Of a DNA stretch of 64,000 nucleotides, positions 45,510-58,090 are shown piece after piece; positions within the stretch are counted from its first letter, which is position 1; each line of letters opens with the position of its first letter. The stretch is taken from NCBI GenBank assembly GCA_965240325.2, contig OZ251222.1:2418001-2482000 (forward strand). The letters run 5' to 3'. Below the pieces are notes generated by a model. It ran no database searches, had not been told where the DNA came from, and worked only from the letters and a program-made list of their open reading frames with translations. The translations under genes and the position numbers were made by a program. The DNA is from Rebecca billardiae RCC1528. Taxonomy: Eukaryota; Protista; Haptophyta.

Positions 45510-47659
45510 GGCCCGCGGTGCACCCTCCGTTGCGCCTCGTGCCGGCAGAGCGAGAGCGCGCGCCACTGCTGCGGCCCCGCCCCCCGGGCCCGTGCGCTCA
45601 CTCACGGCGCTGCGCAGCCGCGCACCGAGAGGCGAGACCGAGCGCGGAGCTCGGGGTGGAACGAGGCGAGCGGCGGGTCGCGCCTGCCGCCGCGCGTGCG
45701 CGCCTGCTCCACCGCGCCACCGTGCAGCGTGCTCGCCCGCCGCCTCCTCCGCCGCGTCGGCCTCGAAGCAGCGGCGGCCAGCCAGCCGACCGAGGCTGAG
45801 CCCGTGCGTGCTCACTCACCCGGCGCGGTGGCGCCCTCGAGTCGACGGCCGTCTACTCCACAGCTGGCTGCTCGAGCTGCTGCACGGGGCGTCGCGACGA
45901 GGGCGCCGCGCGCGCCCAGCCAGCGCGTCCGTCGCCGCGTCGCGCACGGCGCAGCGCGTCGAGCTCGGCGCCGCGCTTCCGGGCCAGCTCGGCGCCCAGC
46001 GCCTGCGCGCGCACGTGCTCCGATGCACGGCCCGAGTCAGCTGGGCGCCCGGCTGCGCGACCGAACGGGAACCGGCGCGCGTTCCACGACTGTCACTGCT
46101 CCTGCTCGTCCTCACGCTGCTGCACCTCCACGCCGCCGTCGACCGAGTTGCTAAGGAGGAGCTCGCGCTCGACGTCACGAGGAGCGAGCTCGCGTGCTCG
46201 AGCTCGCCCTTCAGCCGCGCTAGCTCCGGGCGCATCCGTTGCGTGCTCGCGGCGCGCTCCTCCTCTAGCAACGAACGAGCTTACGCGTAGTGCTCCGGAC
46301 TCGGCTCGCCCTTGCGCGCTCCTCCTCGAGCGACGAACGCGCCCGCGCGGGCAGAGCCCGCGCCCGGGTAAAAAACCTGCTGTGTTCGGCCTCGGCCCTC
46401 GGGCCGCCATCCAATACCGGGTGCCGTTCGTCATAGTTCAGACTCGGCCAATCGGTAATCGGATGCGACGCATCATACTCGCCGGGAGCGCAAAGCTTCG
46501 TCGTCAGTAAAGTTGAGTACTTGACGGATTTTTGTTAGGACCTCCATGCATCACTGCGCTTGGGTCTCGTCCCATCTGGCAGCGCGCAAAGGTTCGTCGT
46601 TAGTAAAGTTGAGTAATTTGGCAGCGCGCAAAGGTTCGTCGTTAGTAAAGTTGAGTACTTGACGAGACTTTTTGCCAGGAGCCCAGGACCTCCATCGTGC
46701 GCTTGGGTCCTCGTCCTATTTGGCAACATTATGGTCGTATGAAGATTTACAACAAATCGCAGATTCGTTCACCCAGATATACTGACAAATGCACGTCCAC
46801 AGGCTGCAACCCCCTGCAAAGAGCAGCAGAAAGAGGCGCGCAAACGACTCCTCCCCAGGCGTATTAGCCATCGCCACCACTCTGCTTGCCTCCTACAGCG
46901 GCCCACGCCCTGACTTGATGCCCGATATCGCACACATGTCTGACATGACACCATCTGCCTCCATAGCAGCACGAGTGAAATACAGGCGCCTCACTGCCAG
47001 GACCAGTGGCCCTGAGACCCCGGCCCAGCTACTGGGCTCGCTGACAGCCCCCTCCGTCCCCTCCCCCGCGCAGGGATCGGCTAGTGGCTGGCCCTCTGCC
47101 CACACTGGGGCACCCTAGGGGGTGCCCAGTCTGCCGACTCGGCTCAAACTCGATGATCTCGAATTGCAAGGCAGTGCACTGCTGGTACCTGGGACCACCC
47201 CACAGTGTTGGGCTTGTATGCTGTCGGCAATGGCATACCCCCGCCCCCTCTGGAGGCGGGCTGTCCACAGCGGAGTGGTGTCAAGGCACTTGGTGTATCG
47301 GTCAGTGGTTTGAGGTTGGGTGAGGGTGGTGGTTGGTTGGGGGCTGGCCAGGGTAGGGCTGGAGGCTTCGGCCGCCAGTCTGATCACCCGGAGCCCGTTA
47401 TAAAGGGGAATTTAAAAAAAAAAGGCTCACGTCCGTCCGTAGATACGGAATTGGAGCGGGCGCGCTTATTTCGTCAATCGAGTCTTGCTAATGCAAAGCA
47501 ATGGGCCAATGTACCCCTCGAAAAAGCGAAAACTCACCCTCCAACAGCCCTCAAAATCGTCCCCCGTCCCCTTTTCTTTGATCAAAAGATCTTTTTGACA
47601 ACGTAGTGAGGGCCCCCGGCGGGGCTCCACGCTACGCGCTCCGCCCTGCACCGCGGGCC
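45510..47659. mobile_element. Nested 2.15 kb element with 13 bp TIRs
   Basis: GGCCCGCGGTGCA (45510) / TGCACCGCGGGCC (ending 47659); TSD not clean; contains internal tandem repeats. Confidence 0.5.
46487..46727 (+). repeat. Short nested tandem repeats
   Basis: GCGCAAAG(C/G)TTCGTCGT(C/T)AGTAAAGTTGAGTA three times; the downstream GGACCTCCAT..GCGCTTGGGTC block twice. Confidence 0.85.
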
Positions 47660-49163
47660 ATAATTCTTAGCTAGCAGTACGCGTAGTCGTACGTAGTAAA
47701 CTGATGACACTACTGTATTCGTGCTATGACCGTTTACTATAAGGATAAGAGACGCACACTACAGCTCAGGCAGGCGAGATAGTTTCCAGCAGCAGTTGTT
47801 CCGCCTGCTTTATTTCATTTGCTTTTCAATTAGTTTCAAAATGATATACGACTGCCGGCGGCCATCATTGCCAGCGTTGCCGTTGGCCTTGATCAGATGC
47901 GGATGAGCGCTAGGCGCGCGTGCGGCGTGAGACGCGGCGGCCGTCGAGTTGCCGTGCGAAGGCGACGTGTTGCTTGCGTGGTATTGGAAGGCTGTCATAT
48001 GCTTCGTCCTGCGCCCCGCAGCTTGCTCCTCGTCGACTTGGCGGTGCCTACGATCAGCGCACGTGCATGCGAGCGGCGCGTCAGAACTGAGCCGTCTGTG
48101 CCGGCCTCAGGCTCAGCTGTCAGTGCCCGCCTGGCGCGCGATGCGATCAACTCGGGGCACGAGCTGAGGCTGAGCGCGGAAGCATGTATCTGCGCGCAAG
48201 CCGCGTCACATTGAGCCACCGATCGTGCGTTTTGATGTAGCTGGAGACGGCTGTCGATGAGTTCCCGATCAGCCTGCACGAGCCGTGCATGCAGTGAAGT
48301 GGAAACAACAGACCGTAAGCGCCGTGGAGCCTTGAATCATCGGAGTCTTCGGGATGCGTATGGTCGCGACGACAACATATGCGCATCTGTAAGCACCGCC
48401 TGCGCACGTGGCTGTTGTCATGCCATGCATGAGTATTAGTTGCTCTGACAAGTAGTCCTGTCAAGTTCAGGCTGTCATGGGCTCGGCCCATTCGCCAAGG
48501 CGAGAAGAAAATATGCGTGCGAGGTGCATGGCATGCTCACCATCGGTGACTCAAGGCAGCGCGGCTTGCGCACAGGTACATGCTTGCTCTCCACGCCCGC
48601 GACGGTCGAGCGCGCCCGTATCCCTCTCGCCAAGCGCCGCACTCGCCAAGGCATAGAGCTGGCGGCCCGGCTCAGCCATCCGCGCTCGCTGGTGGGCAGG
48701 GTCGTGACAGCGCGCGAACCTGCCGGCGACCTTGCGCTGCGCGACGACACGAACGATGGCATCCTTCCCGTCATTCCGCGCCGCGGAGAACCCGCGCCAT
48801 CCGCGCACACTCGCTCAGCAGCGCGCGCGCAGGCGCTCGCCGCCTGCACCGGGGCCGCGCGATTCTGCGAGGTGCCCACGGGGCGCGAAGTGGGTCGCGA
48901 GGCGGCGTTGCGGTGGCCGGCGCGGGTCATTGTGGTCGGGTGGGCCCACCCGAACCGCCCGCGCCGCCGCCGGAGCGCTCCGTCGGCGGCGAAGGGGGGT
49001 TGGACACCGGCGGGGGGTTGGACACCCACGCTCGGTGTCCAACCCCATTCGCGCGTGGGTGTCCAACCCCTTATTCCGCAGGCGGCCGCTCTTGGACCTC
49101 CTCTAGATCTCCCCTGCTTGGACCACCCTTGCAGGCCTCCCGCGGCGCGCGGGATTCGAGACG

Positions 49164-50712
49164 ATGCGGGCGGGCGTCATTGCGACGCACCTTCTCGTGG
49201 CATCGCCGCCGTCGTCCCTTGTGCGCCGTGCCAGCGTGCGCATGGGGCTTTTTGACCAGCTCCCGGGCATGCCGCGGCAGGCATCGAGCTATGCGATCGA
49301 GGACGGCGCGCCCTCGTGGGAGCAGCTGCGCACGCTGAGCGGGGAGAAGGGGGGCGAGAGTTTTCGCACCGAGTGGGACGAGATGGCGCGCGGACGCGGA
49401 CGCGCCAGCCACCAGGCGAACCTGAGGCTCTTTGACGCACCGGACGACTTTGAGCCGCGCGTCGAGCTCTTCCGCGACACCGCGGGTTGGTGCCCGTACT
49501 GCCAGAAGGTGTGCGAGGGTCGCCGGATTCGGGGGCCTCCCCTCCTAGCCTTGCCTCACGCCCTCCCCTTGCGCGGCTGGCGTGCTTGCCGTGCAGGTGT
49601 GGTGCCAGCTCGAGGCGAAGCGCATCCCGTACAAGATCACCAAGGTCCCGATGTCGTGCTACGGCGACAAGCCGCCCTGGTTCCGAGCCATCTCCCCGTC
49701 CGGGGCGATCCCTGTCGCCAAGATTGACGGCCAGATCGTGCCAGAGTCGAACGACATCATGTTCGCCCTGGAGGAGCTCTTCCCCGACCACCGGCCGCTG
49801 CTGCCGCCGCGCGGCTCACCGGACGAGGCCACCGTGCGAGAGCTGATGGGCCTCGAGCGCTCGCTCTTCTCCGTGTGGTTCGGCTGGCTGCGCGCGCGCG
49901 CGGACGGCACCGGGCGGTTCGAGGCAGTGATGGACCGCGTGGAGGCGGAGCTGGGTGCGCGCGGCGGGCCGTACTTGATGGGGAAAGAGCTCTCGTTCGT
50001 CGACCTGCTCTTCATCCCCTTCCTCGAGCGCATGTGCGCCTCGCTCCCCTACTACAAGAACCTCGTCATCCGCGGCACCGGGCGGTGGCCCAACGTGGAG
50101 CGCTGGTTCCAGACGCTCGAGGTCGAGACCGACTGGTACGCAGGGATCAAGTCGGACTACTACACGCACTGCCACGACCTGCCGCCGCAGATTGGGGGCT
50201 GTGCGGGCGTGCCCGAGGCGGCGCCGCTCGCCGCGCAGATCGACGGCCTCGACGGCCGCGCGTGGTCGCTGCCGCTCCCGCCGTCGGCCGACATCGTCGA
50301 GCCCATCTCGCCGCCCGTCGACGACGCGCACGCGCGCGTCGAGGCGGCTGAGCGCTTGCTGCGCAACCACGAGGCCGTGAGCCGCTTTGCCGCGCGCGGC
50401 GTGGGGCAGGCGGGCTTCCCGCCCGTCGGCGCGCCGCTCGCTGACCCGCGCGCAAAGCCCGCTGACGCGGTCGTGCCCGCCGTCGACGCCGCGCTGCGAC
50501 ACGTCGTGCACGCGCTGGTCGCGGGGCCCGAGGCGGCACGCGCCGATGCACAGGCCTCAGAGCTGCCGGCTGAGGAGGTGGCCAAGTGCCTGGCGTACCT
50601 TCGCGACCGCGTCGGCGTCCCGCGCGACATGTCGTTCCCCGCCGCGCGCCAGCTCCGCGCCCACCTGAACTGGATGTCGTCCGAGCTCACCGGGGGGAAA
50701 CTGATGTACTGA
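49164..50712 (+). CDS. Glutathione S-transferase family protein, CPYC type (intron 49509-49596)
   Basis: WCPYCQK|VW active site, PSGAIPV..ESNDI GST N-terminal motif, C-terminal LRDRVGVPRDMSFPAARQLRAHLN; targeting-like N-terminus. Confidence 0.92.
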
Positions 50713-51604
50713 CAATCTGATTATGCACGACAGCAGCAATGCAGCGCAGCATGGGCCCAGCTCCGACGCCACAACGGGGCCAGGCCCGCCCCAGGCCCCG
50801 GCGGGCCGGCGGCACTACTATATTACTAAGAAGCGTGCAGTCGTAGTTATCTAGTCGTCTACTTATGCTGACACCGGCTGCACTATATGGCTGATGATCA
50901 GTTACGACTCGACTGTCTCGGTTGAGCTATCGACATTTAATATTCGACTCGTCGCCTATATATATATCGCGACTATATCGAGATAGCTGCTTATACTCAT
51001 ATCACTACTGCTTACTGACGATATAAGTATTAAGCTAGCCGCGGATATCCGAGTCGTACTCGCGCATCTAGTCCGTAAGCTAGTCGTTACTCTTAGACTC
51101 TACTAACTACTTATTAGTTATTATCGTCATCATCAACGGTAGTAGTCAATCATAGAATTAGTCTGTAGTTCGGCTGGCGTCAGAGTCAGTCAGAGTGAGA
51201 GTCATGATGATGATGATTCAGCCACAAGTCGTCAGCAATATATGCTGGCCTGATGTGACAGTGATGAGCAGCAGAAAGTAGTGCTCGGTGCCGCCGAGCC
51301 CTCTACTACTGCCCTGGCGGCGGAGGCCCTGGCGCCAGCCCCCGCCGCAACTCCAATAAACTGCTGCCCGGACCGCGCCGCGCGACTCGTCGTCGGGGTG
51401 GCGGCCACCGCCGGACTCACGTCTGACTGGCTGAGTCTGAGTCGTCCGCCATACCACGCAGATGACTCTGCCATTCACTTAGGCATTAGCGGGCCACTGA
51501 TTATGAATGACTGAGCCTCGGCTCGGCGCCGCCGACATCAGGGCCGACATGGCACCGCTATCCTGCCATCATCTGGCGACGACGTCGTCAGCTGATCATC
51601 ATCA

Positions 51605-52738
51605 TCAAGTCAAGTGGTATTGGCCGCGACCGGCCTCGTAGATGCAGCTGCGCTCAACGAGTGCCTCCAACGCCGTGCGTACCTGCGCGTCCGACGCGCT
51701 CAACCGATGGCCATCGTGCGCCTCCAGCTCGTGCCGGAGCTGGGCGAGGGTGACGATGCCGTCGCCGCGGGTTGACGCGCGCCTCACGTGCTGGAGGATC
51801 GCTGGCACAAGCTGAGCCTCCTGGTCGAAGAGGGCGTACACGTCCGCGTCGCTATCCAGGAGCTCGATGAGCCCATCCGACTTGAGGCCCTGCACAGCCC
51901 GCTGGATCGACGATCGCACACACCCCGCGTCGGTGCCGACCAGCGACAGGGCGCACGCGTGCACCACGCTTGACGGCTCCAGCAAGCTCGCGTATGTGAA
52001 CGTGCGGCCATTGGCCGAGGCGCGCGCGTGAGCGAGCACGGCCTCGCGTAGCTCAGCAATTCCAGCGGGGAGTGAGTCCCCAGCGCCGGCTCGCTTCCGC
52101 TCCCTCGCAGCTGCGGCCGCCGTGCGCACGTGCATCCGCGGGTCGCGGCTGTACACGGACTGCCACAGGTGCTCCAGCTCAAGCCATCGCAGGGGCTCGC
52201 TCAGCGGATCTCGCTCGATGCTCATGCTCCACATGCTGATCTGGCGCTCGCCGCGGAAGCGGGTCATCTTACCGCGCACGCGCAGCACGGTGCCGAGTGC
52301 CACCGGCGAGCCCGCGCCGCCGGTGCTCGAGCCGTTCGCCTCCTCGCGCGATTGCCAGTGAATGCACGTTATTGTCGCTGATCCGTCGTCGAGTGAATAC
52401 AGGTGCCGTTGCCCCCCATCCTTGTTCCACTTGGAATCGGCAGCAATGACCACACCGAGCACATCGAATCGGCGCACGACGTGCTGTCCAAGCCAGTAGC
52501 AGTCTGCGCGCAAGCAGGCACGGCGAGTCGCATGCGCGCGTCGGCCCCGGGCGCACGTGGCGCGCGCGCACAGGAGGGATGCGCGCCGTGCTGCGCTGCG
52601 CTGCGCACCCTGCAGTCCCTCCACAGGCTGTAGCCGCTGCAGATGCTCCACGCTCAGCTTCACGTTGGCCGACCACACGTCCTGCAGCCCCCACTCCTCG
52701 CGTCGCAGGCAATCATCGTTGGCTTGAACGGCCGCCAT
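51605..52738 (-). CDS. STN1: CST complex subunit STN1 (OB fold plus winged helices; probable in-frame intron ~52505-52607)
   Basis: WGL..VKL N-terminus; OB fold VLGVVI..YSLDDGSATITCIHW..LRVRGKMTRFRGERQI; DPLSEPLRWLE helix; two WH-like C-terminal modules. Confidence 0.82.
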   Translation of the reverse strand: MAAVQANDDCLRREEWGLQDVWSANVKLSVEHLQRLQPVEGLQGAQRSAARRASLLCARATCARGRRAHATRRACLRADCYWLGQHVVRRFDVLGVVIAADSKWNKDGGQRHLYSLDDGSATITCIHWQSREEANGSSTGGAGSPVALGTVLRVRGKMTRFRGERQISMWSMSIERDPLSEPLRWLELEHLWQSVYSRDPRMHVRTAAAAARERKRAGAGDSLPAGIAELREAVLAHARASANGRTFTYASLLEPSSVVHACALSLVGTDAGCVRSSIQRAVQGLKSDGLIELLDSDADVYALFDQEAQLVPAILQHVRRASTRGDGIVTLAQLRHELEAHDGHRLSASDAQVRTALEALVERSCIYEAGRGQYHLT

Positions 52739-52816
52739 CCAGTGCGGCCGCGTGCAGTCCGGCGCTGCTCGCGACTTCACAAGACAGTGACCGAACTGGC
52801 GCAACTCTGCGCCGCC

Positions 52817-53491
52817 ATGGTGTTCAGCGCGGCGATGATCGATGCCCGCGTGCGCGCCCTGGCCATGGGCGTCGGCACTCTTCTTCTCGTCTTGCTCGTC
52901 TCCCTCATGTCCTCAGCTAGCGGGCAGGACCAGCCGCCCCTTCGTCGCGTGGGCGGCAGCTTGACCAAGATGTCGTGCAACGGCGCCCCGCTGTGCGGCG
53001 TGTTGGCGCTGGAGACAGGCGACGGGTCGGGGTACTACAAACACAAACACCCCGTGGTGCACGGTCTGTGGCCGCAGGTGCCGCCTTACGGCACCTCTCC
53101 GTGCATCCCGCCACGCTCTGACAGGCCACGCTCTCCCGGCCTGCCCTCGTGCTACAACGTGGATGTGAAAAACCCGGACCACCAGCAGTGGTTTGTCGAC
53201 CACGAGTGGGAGAAGCACGGTGTGTGTGCGGGTGCGCCTTCAGCCGACGAATTCTTCGGCCAGGTCTGCGCGCTCTCGGGACGACCGCTCTCTGTGATGT
53301 ACATGGTCCAGCACGAGGCCAAGAGCTTGGATGACTACGTCAACGCTCTCAACCGGATCGGATTCTCAGTCTACAGCACCATGGACGATGGCCAGATCCT
53401 CCTGTCCGCATGCGCCAAGGAGGTTGCGCAGGGCATCTACGTGTGGTTCCTGGCCGCAGTGAGCGACTTTCCGAAGGTCTGCGGCCAGTAG
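52817..53491 (+). CDS. Ribonuclease T2 family, secreted
   Basis: CAS I VVHGLWPQ and CAS II HEWEKHGVC; hydrophobic signal or anchor. Confidence 0.92.
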   Translation: MVFSAAMIDARVRALAMGVGTLLLVLLVSLMSSASGQDQPPLRRVGGSLTKMSCNGAPLCGVLALETGDGSGYYKHKHPVVHGLWPQVPPYGTSPCIPPRSDRPRSPGLPSCYNVDVKNPDHQQWFVDHEWEKHGVCAGAPSADEFFGQVCALSGRPLSVMYMVQHEAKSLDDYVNALNRIGFSVYSTMDDGQILLSACAKEVAQGIYVWFLAAVSDFPKVCGQ

Positions 53492-54637
53492 GGCGGTGGT
53501 GTTACCGTCGGATGCCGGCAACTTGCCATTCGTCATAGACCGCCTCAGTTTAGATTGATTGGCAGCTAGTCGTCGACCGAATAACGGCGGGCGTAACTGA
53601 GTCCTTAATATAAGTGACTGACCTGCTAACCGTACCTTGCTAGTTGCTGTGATAGAGAATTGGTGAGCCGGGTCACTACTGATTACTGACAATACCGTCT
53701 GGCTGTCTGCTCACCGTGCGCGCACAGAGTCCCGTGCCACTCACTCACTGACTCAGGCCGCGCCCGTCAGGCTACGCCGCGGGGACGCCGCCCGCGACCC
53801 GCGGCGCCCGGGGCGCGGTCGGCCCCGGGGCCGGGCAATCCGTGGCGGCACTGTCAGGCCGGTGCCAGGCCGCCCCGACTCAGTCACTCCGACCGCCGTG
53901 GTTACCGGTACGGTCTCGGACTCTGCCAGGACGGCTGCGCCTCATACGGTCATACTAAACTGCATGACCGATTCATGAATAGTGACAGTGGGCCACTGGC
54001 AACGCGGGCCGGGGGGACCGAAGCCGCCGGTGGAGTACGAGGAGGCGGAGGAGCGGTGGCCGACACGCTTGATGCATATATAGTGTGTCACTACAGAGTA
54101 GGCGCGGGCACGATTCGTCGCAGCACCGGCGGCACGGTCCCGACCGCGGACTGGCAAGTGGCATGTCCGTCATCGCACCGGGACCAGCGCGGCTGCCGCT
54201 CTGAGTGTCGAACTGTCGATGCGGGGGAACCGTGTTGAGTCCATCTATAAGTAGCGCTCTATATACCGGCACTCACGCTGGACGTGCGTGACGTGGCGCC
54301 CCCAGCTGCGGTCGGCTGCGCCGCCCGGCTTCCTTCTCAGATCGGCTCCTCCCGCGACGCGCACGCCGCCGATGGAAGGTTGATGACGACCACCCGGTGG
54401 GCGGTGTCAGAGGTCTCAGACCCGTTCTCAGAGTGGATATCTGCTTCCAAGCCACCGCGAACCGGTTTGGTTCTTCGGCCATTCAGTTCGGCCAATCGCC
54501 CACAGTTGAAGTTGTTGATCAGCAAGGTCGGCCAATCCGCTCGTTGAGGCTCTGAGCGACGAAACTGAAAACTGAAAACATCCATCATCCAACACCGACC
54601 TGCCCGTCCGCCTCTCCGACGCACGGCAACTTTCCAG

Positions 54638-56073
54638 ATGGCCGAGTGGACCGATGGCGAGCGCCGCGTGATTGACGCGCTCAAGCGCATCCAGGCCGTG
54701 ATTGATACCGAGGAGTTCAAGGACCTGAGCCGGGCGTTCACCGCCGAGCATAAGGACACTTTCGAGGTGTGCGACGAGAACAAGCTCATCTACACGGACT
54801 TGCACGAAGCGTATGTTGAGCTCATGGAGCGCGAGCTTCTGTCGAGGGTTGTGGGAGTCGACCTCGACGAGCTTGTTCAGAACTTGCCCGACTTCGTGGC
54901 TAGGCAGCGGTTCGAGCAGGATCCGGAGGGCACTGGACGCACGATCGAGTTCCTGCTGTCGCTCACGGACTTTGCCGCCTTCAAGGGCCTGATGCTTTCT
55001 GCCAAGCTGGGCAAAGACGATGCCGGTACCGCCGCACCACTCGCATTGCACTCTGCAGAGGCGCTTGCTGCGGTGGGCAAGCTGAACGCGCCGGCAGACT
55101 TGGTGTCGCACTTTGCGGAGTTGCTCGCACTCGCTGAGGGCAGTGGCGCGGAGGCATGGCGCACAATTGCCGAGCGCAAATCGGTGTACACGTTGCAGGC
55201 CACAACACGCGCCGGCGTGCGCTACCAGCGCATCGCAATGGCCATCTCGCTGACCGTGCCGCAGCTCATCGACGCGATGTGCGACATTGCACACCCCGAG
55301 CACGCGCGCTGGTCTGAAATGATTGACAGTGTGGAGGTGCTGCGCGATCAGCGCGACGGACGACAGATCGACAGCCTGGCGCGTGCACACGTGCGCTTGC
55401 CCGGTGCGCGCCGCGCGCGGCGTGACGCACGCTTGGCGTGCGACCTGCTCGCGCATGCCCTGCCCGCCCTCTCTTACCCCTCCTGTTCGGCGGCAGCACG
55501 CATCTCTGACACTGAGTGTGCCCACACGCCCGCCGGCCCACAGCCATCATCCGCGCGCTGAAGTTCCACCCGGGCACCATGACGATGCGCGTGTACATTG
55601 AGCATGACGTGCCGCGCCAGGGCTGCGCGACGTGCCTGTACATCACGTGGGACGCCGAGCGCGACGAGCCCGCGCTCGCGTCCCCGATGACATTGCAGCG
55701 CGTGATCATGCTCGAGCCGCGCGCAGGCGGGACGACGCAGATGAGCTTTGTGCAGCGGCTGCCGGCATACATTCCCGAGTGGGTGATCGGGCTGGCTATG
55801 GACTCGACATTCAGCCGCGCGATTCTCATGGTACGTGCGGCTGTGGCCGCGCGGCACGCATCCACCCTCACCCAGATGCCAGCCTCTGCGCACACGTCCC
55901 CACCCTACTATTAAATCCCCATACTCCCCGCGGCTGACCCGCGTCGGCGCCCCCGCTTCCCGCGTGCGCTGATTGTGTGTGTGTTTCACTTGCTGTTCGT
56001 GTGCGTGCCTTGCACCTTGTAGTCTACGGAGAAGTACCGCGCTGCGAAGCTTGCGGGTGGGGGCGGCGGCTGA
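54638..56073 (+). CDS. ARL2-binding (BART) domain fused to a START-like domain (exons ~54638-55403, 55543-55830, 56023-56073)
   Basis: BART motif F..DENKLIYTDLHEAYVELME..LLSLTDFAAFKGLML; START-like ARWSEMIDSVEVL and TTQMSFVQRLPAYIPEWVI. Confidence 0.8.
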
Positions 56074-56464
56074 CCCGATCAAAAAAAGATGGCGGGCTGA
56101 CTACTCGGCAGGACTCGGGCCCGCGGCGGCCAGCCGCGTACCGGCAGCGCTCAGGAGTCAGGGCCAGGCCGCTGCCTGCAACATAGCCGCTGACTAACTG
56201 AGACTGCCCGGGTGACTCCGCAGAGAAGCGAAAAGTAATAAGCAGCGCAGCTGATGATGACGACTCGCCTGATGCCGCCACGGAAGGCTACTACAACTGG
56301 TACTAGCTGCCGTAGAGTCTGCGGCGGCCACGCTGCCAGCGCCGCGGCCGCGGCCCGACGGCGTGACTAGTTGGCCCGAGCAGTGCAGCGCCGCGGGCCG
56401 CGGACGTCCGTGACAATGACTGGCTCAGTAGACGGGGAAGCCCGGTGTTCGTCGTATCCCATCA

Positions 56465-57909
<1,445 letters not shown>

Positions 57910-58090
57910 GACGCGTCAGTGCTGCAAACCTCCATCGCTGGCTCCACAGCGCTGTCGACCGGACCTGTCCAGCGATCCGGATGCGCGATCCGGACGCACG
58001 ATCGGAGTAGGGCTGCTTCCGGACAGCCGCCACCAGCGGTGAGCGTCAGCCAGCGGGCAAGCGGAGACCCCGCTTCAGCGGAAGCGCGGC

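Larger units (their letters stand above)
43596..49092. mobile_element. Non-autonomous long-TIR element B (5497 bp), TSD TGG, relative of A in opposite orientation, with nested inserts
   Basis: TGG|AGAGCGGCCGCC..GCGGAATAAGGGG ... CCCCTTATTCCGCAGGCGGCCGCTCT|TGG; ~470 bp TIRs; interior 44110-44340 and 47900-48630 homologous (inverted) to 42790-43020 and 41570-42245. Confidence 0.9.

Noticed and set aside
45816-46271. Coiled-coil-like ORF inside the nested element
   Set aside because: TTG start and coding-like for only ~35 codons; at best a captured fragment.
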